In this document: piece by piece, positions 17,908-26,209 of the stretch
Position numbering within the stretch: position 1 is the stretch's first letter
Layout of the letters: each line of letters begins with the position of its first letter
Source of the DNA: Bacteroidota bacterium
GTDB taxonomy: Bacteria > Bacteroidota > Bacteroidia > Sphingobacteriales > Sphingobacteriaceae
DNA: 64,000 nt
Assembly (NCBI GenBank): GCA_040388055.1
Contig: JAZKCO010000001.1
Coordinates: forward strand, 160,711 to 224,710
Direction: 5' to 3'
Made by a program: the position numbers and the translations under genes
The notes under the pieces: model-generated
Seen by the model: the letters and a program-made list of their open reading frames with translations, nothing else
The model's database searches: none
Told to the model about the DNA's origin: nothing

Positions 17908-19053
17908 ATGAAGAAAGTGCTTTTTTGCATCGCAGGTGTGTTGTTGAGTTTAGTGTTGTTTTCTTTTTATGGAGACAAAGGGAGTAAATCGGAAAGTTTT
18001 TTGAGTGTAGATTCCCTGCGGGCAATTTATAATGGTGCGCCATCGACCTGGCCAAAACCAACAGTCGACGAAGGAATTAAATGGCAGGAACTTGGCGAAC
18101 TGCCTGGTACACCGATTGCCGGTAAGGAAACTGAACTAAAAAATATAATAGTACTTGGTAAAGTATTATTCTACGACCCACGTTTATCTGGATCTAACCA
18201 GATATCTTGCATAAGTTGCCATGCACCTGATATGAATTGGGCCGACGGCCGGGCAGTATCGATAGGACATAATCAAGCTGCCAATACACGCAATGCACCA
18301 TCGTTAGAAAATGTATGGAATGCTAAAAAACTATTCTGGGATGGTCGTGCCGAAAACCTTGAAGAACAACTTACTGGCCCTATAACCTCGGCTATAGAAA
18401 TGCATCAGGACCTGAAAGCCCTGCCTGCAAAGCTTGCAAAAATTAAAGGCTATGGAGCACTTTTTACGGAAGCTTTTGGGGATCGTAAAATAAACCAGCA
18501 ACGTATTGCAAAAGCCTTGGCTACCTATCAGCTTACATTTACCAGCCGAAAATCAGATTTTGATTACTTTTTGCAAGGCAATACCAAACGTCTTACCGAC
18601 CAGCAAGTAGAGGGCTTACATCTTTTTCGCACCAAAGGACGGTGTATGAACTGCCATTACGGGCCTCTATTTACCGATAACGATTTTCATAACCTTGGCC
18701 TCACTTATTATGGCCGGAATGAATATGAGGACTTAGGCCGCTATAATATTACCCACAAACCCGAAGACGTTGGTAAGTTTAAAACGCCTGGTTTACGCAA
18801 CGTGTTACGTACACGCCCATGGTTTCATAATGGGATATTCGATAATATAGAAGGGGTATTAAACATGTATAGCAATGGTATGCCACAGCCTAAACCCAAA
18901 CCCGAGCAGGTTAACGATCCGCTTTTCCCAAAAACAGATCCGCATATAAAAAGGCTTAACCTTAGTAAAGCAGAAAAAGAAGCCATTATAGCCTTTCTTG
19001 GTGCTATTACGACCGAACCCTGGAAAATTAAACCACCAGTTTTGCCTAATTAG
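17908..19053 (+). CDS. Di-heme cytochrome c peroxidase family protein (bCcP/MauG superfamily)
   Basis: Two CxxCH motifs (CISCH, CMNCH), LGKVLFYDPRLS, LFWDGRA, GKFKTPGLRNV, PWFHNG; signal peptide. Confidence 0.95.
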   Translation: MKKVLFCIAGVLLSLVLFSFYGDKGSKSESFLSVDSLRAIYNGAPSTWPKPTVDEGIKWQELGELPGTPIAGKETELKNIIVLGKVLFYDPRLSGSNQISCISCHAPDMNWADGRAVSIGHNQAANTRNAPSLENVWNAKKLFWDGRAENLEEQLTGPITSAIEMHQDLKALPAKLAKIKGYGALFTEAFGDRKINQQRIAKALATYQLTFTSRKSDFDYFLQGNTKRLTDQQVEGLHLFRTKGRCMNCHYGPLFTDNDFHNLGLTYYGRNEYEDLGRYNITHKPEDVGKFKTPGLRNVLRTRPWFHNGIFDNIEGVLNMYSNGMPQPKPKPEQVNDPLFPKTDPHIKRLNLSKAEKEAIIAFLGAITTEPWKIKPPVLPN

Positions 19054-19078
19054 TTAAGCCGGGTTTTGAAGAATTAAA

Positions 19079-19252
19079 CTATTCCTTAAAATTAAAGGCA
19101 AAAATAACTACAGCGACCATAAAGAGTACTGAGGCTAAAACCATAGTCGCTACACTGGTAGGCTCGCGATAGGTTGCCCAGGCCACTAACGAAAAAAAAC
19201 CTGCCAGTACAATAAGAACGCCTGAAATGATAAAATTCCGCTTTCTTTTCAT
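19079..19252 (-). CDS. Small two-transmembrane hypothetical protein (57 aa, absent from the ORF track)
   Basis: Manual translation: MKRKRNFIISGVLIVLAGFFSLVAWATYREPTSVATMVLASVLFMVAVVIFAFNFKE*. Basic N-terminus followed by two hydrophobic helices. Confidence 0.6.
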   Translation of the reverse strand: MKRKRNFIISGVLIVLAGFFSLVAWATYREPTSVATMVLASVLFMVAVVIFAFNFKE

Positions 19253-19336
19253 GATGTATTCTCTCCTTCCTGAAAAGAAACAAATGGGTATTCCTTTTGT
19301 TTAAATAATAAAACTTTGTTATTTAGCGCAAAAGCA

Positions 19337-19579
19337 ATGAAGAATTATAATCAAGAGTTTACCATTAGCGTGCACTTAAGCGATAAGCTTCGGCATATTA
19401 ACGTGCGGCCCAAAGAGACCACAGACGGGGTTGCTTATTTTGGGTGTTTTTTAGATAAAAAAGAAATAACCCAATTAAGAAAAGAACTATATGGACACTG
19501 GGAACAGCTTTGGGGTAATTTGGATGCCGCAACCATCGAAAGTATAGGGAAGGAAATAGAGAAGAAAGTACTCTCCTAG
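19337..19579 (+). CDS. Hypothetical protein (80 aa)
   Basis: ORF fills the intergenic gap and has protein-like composition (MKNYNQEFTISV...WEQLWG...IGKEIE). ATG at 19337 preferred over the track start at 19316. Confidence 0.65.
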   Translation: MKNYNQEFTISVHLSDKLRHINVRPKETTDGVAYFGCFLDKKEITQLRKELYGHWEQLWGNLDAATIESIGKEIEKKVLS

Positions 19580-19618
19580 AAAAATAATGGCTGATGAAGA
19601 ATAGTAAAATGAAATTCT

Positions 19619-20311
19619 TCAGCGGAAGCTAAAAGCAGTAATATATTTATCGATATATTGTTGCTTATACGCATTTTTATATTGCATAATAAACCTAGGA
19701 TGTTCGAGTGCGATAATCTTCGCGAAAAAGCCATATTCTTCATTTAATTTACTCAGAAACCTTTCATTTTTTCCTGTTCCCAGACAAAAGCAGGTATCGG
19801 TATTAATACCAAGAGCGATAAGCTTAGTAATTTGTTCGACCATAAAACCTTTTACCGCATTAATCAAATCCTTGCTATCGTAATAATTGTAGTTTTTTTC
19901 CCGGCCATTGGCATCGATCGAAGTAAAGCCCAAAGGGCAAGGCGAATTGATATAAAAATCGCTGTAAAACGCTTCGGGACCACCATAAGCTGCTATCATT
20001 TCGTAAATGAAAGTCGAAGAGGGTTCGTGAGTTATTCGGCCCTGGTAACTAATATTGCATATTTTCATGAGTCTCTTAGGGTCGGTAAATGGGATGCCGG
20101 TTAGGCCAGCCCCAAGCCGACTGGGATTAATTCCTAAAATAAGATACCTGGACTTGCGATCGTTATAGTATTTGCGATAAAAATCTTCGGTAATTCTTAG
20201 AGTCTGCTCAAATTCTGTAAAGGGGTTCATAATCCGGATGCCTGATGGTAGTGAGTCGCCTGTATAGGTTAATTGCCTGTTAAACTCGATTGCCCTGGTT
20301 GCAAATGTCAT
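19619..20311 (-). CDS. SMUG2-type uracil-DNA glycosylase (DUF4918)
   Basis: IMNPF, GINPSRLGAGLTGIPFTD, EPSS, NYNYYD and LEHPRFIMQY, characteristic of the SMUG2 family. Confidence 0.9.
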   Translation of the reverse strand: MTFATRAIEFNRQLTYTGDSLPSGIRIMNPFTEFEQTLRITEDFYRKYYNDRKSRYLILGINPSRLGAGLTGIPFTDPKRLMKICNISYQGRITHEPSSTFIYEMIAAYGGPEAFYSDFYINSPCPLGFTSIDANGREKNYNYYDSKDLINAVKGFMVEQITKLIALGINTDTCFCLGTGKNERFLSKLNEEYGFFAKIIALEHPRFIMQYKNAYKQQYIDKYITAFSFR

Positions 20312-20382
20312 TGGTCTAAATTAGAAAATTACAATCAGCTAAAAAAGTTTTGAATACCTTTACTTAACGAATCGGGTACACC

Positions 20383-21075
20383 ATGGAACATATATTAGAT
20401 AATCCCATCTATAACGCTTTACGGACAGGGCACCGTATTTTTGCAGAAGGAAATGAAAATGCTACTTATTATACGGCGACCGTTGCCTCATTTGCAGGTC
20501 TCGCAACCAATAGCGAACAAGATTTCGAAACACTTTATAAAATTAGCCCCGCCGATAGCTTCTTCATTGTTTTTACACCAACTGCAATGGCTATCCCCCG
20601 TAAATGGGAGCTGGTTACCCATATCGATATGTTTCAGCTATGCTATGAACTTAAAGAGCTTCCTGCTGGCAATGATATTGGTTTTAGCGATTTAGCCGAT
20701 CGGCATGTTCCGGAAATGGAAGCATTAGTGAGTTTAACCAAACCCGGCCCATTTCTGCCCCGGACTATCGAACTTGGCAATTATACAGGCGTATTTAAAG
20801 ATAAAGAACTAGTGGCTATGGCTGGGCACCGGTTTAACCCTAGCCCTTATACAGAAATTAGTGCCGTTTGTACCCGCCCGGATCATCTGGGTAATGGATA
20901 TGCTTATGGGCTTTTAAGAGAACAAATTAAAAGGATATTAGCTAAAACCGAAATTCCTTTTCTGCATGTGAGAGACGATAACGAAGGAGCAATTAAACTC
21001 TATCAGAAATTGGGTTTTGAAATAAGGACTCCGATGATTGCCTATGTTATCCGAAAAAAGACAGCGACTTACTGA
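20383..21075 (+). CDS. GNAT acetyltransferase, FR47-like
   Basis: LDNPIYNAL, PGPFLPRTIELG, EISAVCTRPDHLGNGYA, FLHV, AIKLYQKLGF. Confidence 0.9.
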   Translation: MEHILDNPIYNALRTGHRIFAEGNENATYYTATVASFAGLATNSEQDFETLYKISPADSFFIVFTPTAMAIPRKWELVTHIDMFQLCYELKELPAGNDIGFSDLADRHVPEMEALVSLTKPGPFLPRTIELGNYTGVFKDKELVAMAGHRFNPSPYTEISAVCTRPDHLGNGYAYGLLREQIKRILAKTEIPFLHVRDDNEGAIKLYQKLGFEIRTPMIAYVIRKKTATY

Positions 21076-22982
21076 CCATATAATTGATGTTGATAAAGAT
21101 AGGAAGCCAGCTGATAATAGGCGATTGCTTCGTTAGTTAGTGTTGTATCTGGAGCAATAAGACTCGAATTCCCGCTTATAAAATCCGGCAAAAAAGTATC
21201 CGCCTTTTTATTGGGATCGAGTATAATTAATTTGTTGTTTTTAAGGTAACCCAGGCTTTGGTAAGTGCTAATAAATGCTCGCTCACTACCATTCGCCATT
21301 TTAAATACATCCTGTCCGAAAAATTTGCTCTCATAATTAAAATTTAAAAAACCTAAGATCGTTGGTGCAATGTCTATCTGTGCGGTAAGTTTCTCAAATT
21401 TCCCGGGTAAAATATGTCCTGGCGCATAAAATATCATCGGGATATGGTATTTATCGATCGGCAATTCTACCTTTCCTGCACTCGAAGCACAATGGTCGGC
21501 AACAATTACAAAAAGGGTATTCGAAAACCAAGGTTTTGTACTGGCTTCTTTAATAAATTTGCCAATGGCATAATCGGTATATTTTACTGCACCTTCTCTA
21601 CTGGTATGCGAGGGAATATCTATCCGCCCCTCCGGATAGGTATAAGGTCGGTGGTTCGAAACGGTCATAATATGAGCAAAAAAAGGTTTCTTTTGCTGGT
21701 AATCGCCATCCAATTCACGTAACGACAAAGTAAAAAGATCTTCGTCGGCCACACCCCAGATATTAGAATAATGAATTTCCTTGTCGGTCAAAGCACTTCT
21801 ATCAGTAACTTCATAACCATTTTGAGAGAAAAACTCTTTCATGTTATCGAAATAGCTGTAACCCCCATAAATATATCGACTGCTATAACCTTTAGCCTTA
21901 AAAACGCTACCTAAGGTAAAGAGGTTTTTGTTGTCGGGTCGCTTAATAATAGACTGACCGGGTGTTGGTGGAATACTTAACGACAAGGCTTCGAGGCCAC
22001 GAACGGTCCTAGTTCCTGAAGCATAGAGTTTAGTAAACAGCAAGCCTTTTTTGGCTAACGAATCCAATTGTGGCGTAAGGTGTTGTGTGTTGCCAAAGCT
22101 CCCTAAAAAATTAGCACTTAAACTCTCTACACTAATTAATACTACATTCATTTGTTGTTCCGGTCCGGTACCCAAAATGTTTCGCGTAGTATAGAGATCG
22201 GTAGGTTTTTTGGAAGTGGAAGTAGGGGCTAAGATTTGCCTGAAAAGTGCTTTTACCGTGTCGATAGGTAGAGTTTTGTAAAAAGTATTGTAATCTAGTT
22301 CGTTATTCCAGAAGGCAAAGCCAAAATCGTACATGCCATTGCCAGCCAACTCATTTACATACTGATTACTACTCTGATACTTCCACTTATGGTTAAGGCC
22401 AAAGTAGGTAATAAATGGAAGGCAAAGCAGCAATAAGGCGATCTTACTTCGCCCGGTAAACCTTGTTTTACTGGTGGTCGATTGCCATATTAGATTTCTC
22501 AAAGCATAGGTAAATAGCGCGGAAACTACAAATAATAGGCTAAGAATGGTGTTAATAGGATAAGATTGCCGGATATTTCCAATTACTTCGGTTGTATAAA
22601 CCAGGTAATCGACCGCAATAAAATTATACCTTACCGAAAATTCTTCCCAAAAAAACCATTCCGATATGGCATTAAATAGCAGGGTCGCTACGACAACAAA
22701 AAAGTAAAGCAACAGTAATATCCTGTTTAGTTTTTTCGCATACCAACGGTTTGGAAATAGCCACAAATAAAGCACTAATGGAATACAGGCATAAGATGCG
22801 GCCGCCAAATCGAATAAGAGACCCGTAAAGAATACCTTTAAAATATTGACGAAAGACCAATCGAAAACATCGGCCGAGTAAATGAGCAAGGCAATCCTTG
22901 TGAGAAGGGAGATGATACATAAAAGGAGCGTTGCTAGGGCAACCGGAGCAAATCTGTTCTTAAATAGCGCTTTATTCTGCAT
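21069..22982 (-). CDS. LTA synthase family protein (membrane-anchored sulfatase/alkaline-phosphatase fold)
   Basis: N-terminal TM helices with FNFIAVDY-like RYNFIAVDYL; VESLS, TRTVRGLE, TVSNHRPY, VADH. The ATG at 22982 lies just downstream of a minus-strand TAGCTTTG (23005-23012); the track start is 22997. Confidence 0.88.
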   Translation of the reverse strand: MQNKALFKNRFAPVALATLLLCIISLLTRIALLIYSADVFDWSFVNILKVFFTGLLFDLAAASYACIPLVLYLWLFPNRWYAKKLNRILLLLYFFVVVATLLFNAISEWFFWEEFSVRYNFIAVDYLVYTTEVIGNIRQSYPINTILSLLFVVSALFTYALRNLIWQSTTSKTRFTGRSKIALLLLCLPFITYFGLNHKWKYQSSNQYVNELAGNGMYDFGFAFWNNELDYNTFYKTLPIDTVKALFRQILAPTSTSKKPTDLYTTRNILGTGPEQQMNVVLISVESLSANFLGSFGNTQHLTPQLDSLAKKGLLFTKLYASGTRTVRGLEALSLSIPPTPGQSIIKRPDNKNLFTLGSVFKAKGYSSRYIYGGYSYFDNMKEFFSQNGYEVTDRSALTDKEIHYSNIWGVADEDLFTLSLRELDGDYQQKKPFFAHIMTVSNHRPYTYPEGRIDIPSHTSREGAVKYTDYAIGKFIKEASTKPWFSNTLFVIVADHCASSAGKVELPIDKYHIPMIFYAPGHILPGKFEKLTAQIDIAPTILGFLNFNYESKFFGQDVFKMANGSERAFISTYQSLGYLKNNKLIILDPNKKADTFLPDFISGNSSLIAPDTTLTNEAIAYYQLASYLYQHQLYGQ

Positions 22983-23061
22983 AATTTTTGAAAGCAATCA
23001 ATAACAAAGCTATAATTTAATTCTGAAGAAATACTGAACTCCTGTTGCCCAGCGCTTAAAA

Positions 23062-25239
23062 TTACAGTTTAATCTTTAGTCCGCCATTAATTACGAAACC
23101 ATCTACCGGGGCATAGATGTCTCTAAAAACGGGATTAGTAATACTGCCGGTATAAATGGTGTCGAATTTGGTTTGCCGGGTATCGGTAAAATTTTCGAAA
23201 TTAATAAATATAGAAAAGCGTTCCCATAGTTTTTCTACCATAAAGCCTGGCGTCCAATAGCTTTTACCCCTAGCGCCATCGTTTAACTTCTGCGCACTAA
23301 AATAATAGGCTTCTGCCCCAATTTTCCATTTATCCTCAACTTCATACATCAAAACATTGTTAAGACGATGCTTCGAAACCAGAGGGTAAGTAAAAGAAGC
23401 CGCTTCCGTATGCTGATTTACATCGGCAAAGGTATAGCCTACAAAAAGCTTAAAGTCTTTAAAAGTTACTTTTATATTGGTTTCTATTCCCTTTGTATTT
23501 AAATCCCCTTTGGGTTGTATATATTGTAAATATTCTGATCGGATGTCGGCCAAAATGGGATTATTAATTCGTGTATAAAAGAAGAGCTGATTAATACTAA
23601 AGCCAACTTGATCGTTAAAAAGCGGGGTTTTATAATTAACATCAAAGTTGGCACCATAAGAGCGTTCGGCTTTAGTATGGTTTACCTCGATAGGTAATAC
23701 ATTTTTAAACTGAATTCTTTCGGCGTCTTCTGTAAAAATGCTTGGCGCTTTATAACCCAGTCCGCCGCCAAGCCTAAAAGTAAACTGCGCATTCATTTTC
23801 CATAATGCCGATATTTTTGGTAAAAGCATAAATCCATAGTCGTTATGATAGTCGCCACGCAGACCCGATTCGAAAGTGAGTTTTTCTGATGCAGCAAAGG
23901 TATTCTGAATAAATGCACCAAAGGTATGGTTGTTATAATCCCTTAATGGGAAATTACTTCGCAGGTCTTCCTTAAAATTCTCGCTGAGGAAATTTAAGCC
24001 CATTACCCAATCGGTATTTTCGCCGTCTTTAGCATAATTCGCCTCACTATAGGTCGAAACCTGTACGCCAGAAAATAAATAATTTGGCATAGCGATGGAA
24101 CGGTCGTAATAACTTATACTATTCCTAAAAGTAAGTCTTTGCTGGTCGTCTATTTGGTGTTTAAACTCCAGCTGACTGCTATATCGCCAAGTCTTATTTT
24201 CTTCGAAATAAGAATGACTGGCACTTCCATTTCCTTTAATATATTGCATATCCCCACCTATGCGTTTTTCGATCGTTGTATTTAAAGCTGCGGTAAAGAT
24301 GCTGCGATTGCTAAGGTAAAAAAACAGCTTAGGGTTGAATGTAAAACGATCGAATTCGGGAATGGCGCTAAGGCCAATAGGAACGGGATCGTAAGCAGTA
24401 CCATGGTTATAAGCAGCGTAAAGGGTAGCGCCAATTTTTTTAAATTTCTGCGCATAGAACCCGCTGGCATCTAAGCCCAATGCAGAGGTGCCATTGAGCA
24501 AGAAATTAAGCTGCCTTTCGTCGGTAGGGGTTTTGGAAACAAGATTAACTAATCCGGCAATGGCACCACCTCCATATAATGTGGAGGAAGAGCCTTTAAT
24601 TACTTCTACTTGTTTAAGGTCGAGCGGGGCAATCTGCAACAGACCTAATCCGCCAGAGAAGCCCGAATATAAAGGGAATCCATCTCTGATAATTTGTGTG
24701 TACCGACCATCTAAACCTTGTATCCTGATACTGGAGTTACCACTTATGGCCGAAGTTTGTTGGGTTTGTATGCCTGTAGTTTCGGCCAGCATCATTCTAA
24801 TATCTCCAGGTTTCATGTTAGCCTTTTCGTCGATTTCTTCGCCCACTAAAACCTCCACTCTTGTGGGGATATTGGCAATGGTTCTACTGCTTCTGGTAGC
24901 TGAAACGACCACTTCTTCGAGCTCTTCGCCTTCTTTGTCGGGCTGCAAAAGAATAAGCATGCGCGCTGAATCCGATAGCGGGAAGTGGAGCGTATCTGCC
25001 CTTTTCTGATAACCGATATGACTAAAAAGCAATATTTGTTTGCCCGATGGAATATTCGATAGCGTCGCATTTCCACTACTATCTGTCGCCACTGCAATAA
25101 GACTTTGTACTAATTTTATGGAGGTTCCTAAAATGGGTTTTTTGGTTTCGGCATCGCTAACAATAACCTTTAAAGTATGTTGGGCATAGCTAATGGTCGT
25201 ATATAACAGTATAGCCAAAAGCAAGATTGTTTTCTTCAT
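23062..25239 (-). CDS. TonB-dependent receptor
   Basis: Signal peptide, EEVVVSATRSSR, plug IRIQGLDGRYTQ and VEVIKGSSSTLYGGGAIAG, C-terminal barrel strand GGLKIKL. Confidence 0.92.
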   Translation of the reverse strand: MKKTILLLAILLYTTISYAQHTLKVIVSDAETKKPILGTSIKLVQSLIAVATDSSGNATLSNIPSGKQILLFSHIGYQKRADTLHFPLSDSARMLILLQPDKEGEELEEVVVSATRSSRTIANIPTRVEVLVGEEIDEKANMKPGDIRMMLAETTGIQTQQTSAISGNSSIRIQGLDGRYTQIIRDGFPLYSGFSGGLGLLQIAPLDLKQVEVIKGSSSTLYGGGAIAGLVNLVSKTPTDERQLNFLLNGTSALGLDASGFYAQKFKKIGATLYAAYNHGTAYDPVPIGLSAIPEFDRFTFNPKLFFYLSNRSIFTAALNTTIEKRIGGDMQYIKGNGSASHSYFEENKTWRYSSQLEFKHQIDDQQRLTFRNSISYYDRSIAMPNYLFSGVQVSTYSEANYAKDGENTDWVMGLNFLSENFKEDLRSNFPLRDYNNHTFGAFIQNTFAASEKLTFESGLRGDYHNDYGFMLLPKISALWKMNAQFTFRLGGGLGYKAPSIFTEDAERIQFKNVLPIEVNHTKAERSYGANFDVNYKTPLFNDQVGFSINQLFFYTRINNPILADIRSEYLQYIQPKGDLNTKGIETNIKVTFKDFKLFVGYTFADVNQHTEAASFTYPLVSKHRLNNVLMYEVEDKWKIGAEAYYFSAQKLNDGARGKSYWTPGFMVEKLWERFSIFINFENFTDTRQTKFDTIYTGSITNPVFRDIYAPVDGFVINGGLKIKL

Positions 25240-25287
25240 GATTAATTTTAATTAAGTAATTGTAAATGAGCCATACAAGGCTTTCTT

Positions 25288-25614
25288 TTAAATTAACTTA
25301 AGTAATTTTGGTGGCTGCCAGATGTTCCGATCGGCGCCATCTGCATACGGCTGAAAGTAGTCGTTATTGAAAGTTATAGGGGCAATTGAAAGGGTTGGGC
25401 TAGTAACACCAACAAAGAGAATTACGGTAAGGCCACTACAAGTGCCGCAGGTGTAAAAGGGCGAGCAGCCTATAAAACAATTATCGCTAGGGTTTTTTTC
25501 AGTTGCTAATTGTTTTTCTAATCTTGTTTGCTGTAGGTGATCTTCTATAGCACAGCATGGCGTTATGGAAAGTACGACTACCATTAATGACAAGAAAAGT
25601 GCAATTGTTTTCAC
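25288..25614 (-). CDS. DUF6660-like Cys-rich small exported protein
   Basis: GTG start, hydrophobic N-terminus, TPCC, CSPFYTCGTCSG and IWQPPK, which match DUF6660 as I recall it. Confidence 0.75.
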   Translation of the reverse strand: MKTIALFLSLMVVVLSITPCCAIEDHLQQTRLEKQLATEKNPSDNCFIGCSPFYTCGTCSGLTVILFVGVTSPTLSIAPITFNNDYFQPYADGADRNIWQPPKLLKLI

Positions 25615-25635
25615 GCAACAAAACTAGTAATTTTG
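25604..25635. promoter_or_regulatory. Back-to-back overlapping divergent promoters
   Basis: Minus-strand -7 TAGTTTTG (25619-25626) lies 4 nt before the DUF6660-like GTG. Plus-strand -7 TAATTTTG (25628-25635) has ATTG 20 nt upstream (25604-25607). Confidence 0.6.
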
Positions 25636-25700
25636 AGGGTATTTTCGCTGCTAAACCAAAAATTTCAACCTTAAAATATTACAACACTACAACAAAAGAA

Positions 25701-26129
25701 ATGAAGGAACTGGAAGTTAAATTAAACGAGAAAAAAATTACACCAACGGCCATGCGTCTAGTTGTGCTCGATTTTCTTTTAAAACAATCATCAGCTTTAA
25801 GCTTAACCGATTTAGAAGTTGGGTTAGATAAAACAGACCGGGTAACCTTATTTAGAACCATAAGAACTTTTGAAGAGCATGGATTAGTGCATCGCATTGA
25901 AGATGGGAGCGGTACTACTAAATTTGCACTATGCGCTCCTGGTTGCGGTATCGAAGGACATCACGATCTTCATATTCATTTTTATTGCACGCAATGTAAG
26001 GAAACTCATTGCTTGCCTAAAACGCAAATTCCCGAAGTGGATTTACCAGACCTTTATCTTGTCGAAGAGCGGGAACTAATTGTAAAAGGAGTTTGTGCCA
26101 GTTGTAATATACCTAAAGTTAGCCCATAA
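25701..26129 (+). CDS. Fur-family transcriptional regulator
   Basis: From the ATG at 25701: TAMRLVVL, DRVTLFRTI...F...GLVHRI, HHDLHIHFYC, CTQC and CASC motifs. The track start at 25557 overlaps the divergent gene. Confidence 0.9.
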   Translation: MKELEVKLNEKKITPTAMRLVVLDFLLKQSSALSLTDLEVGLDKTDRVTLFRTIRTFEEHGLVHRIEDGSGTTKFALCAPGCGIEGHHDLHIHFYCTQCKETHCLPKTQIPEVDLPDLYLVEERELIVKGVCASCNIPKVSP

Positions 26130-26145
26130 TTTTACCCGGCTATAA

Positions 26146-26182
26146 ATGCAATACCATTGCATCCCATTCGTCTTTATCTTTG
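26146..26182 (+). promoter_or_regulatory. Perfect palindrome ATGCAAT-ACC-ATTGCAT plus -7 element upstream of the P-type ATPase
   Basis: 7-3-7 inverted repeat at 26146-26162; TATCTTTG at 26175-26182. Confidence 0.7.
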
Positions 26183-26209
26183 TCTTATCGCTTCAAATAA
26201 AGACAGAGA

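Noticed and set aside
19092-19283. 63-aa minus-strand ORF from the track
   Set aside because: A different minus-strand frame (19252-19079) gives a far more protein-like two-TM product.
21069-21075. 7-nt tail-to-tail overlap of the GNAT and LTA-synthase genes
   Set aside because: Short convergent overlaps are common; there is no sign of an antisense mechanism.
25557-25700. N-terminal extension of the Fur-family ORF given by the track
   Set aside because: It overlaps the divergent DUF6660-like gene and both promoters; the Fur fold begins at the ATG at 25701.
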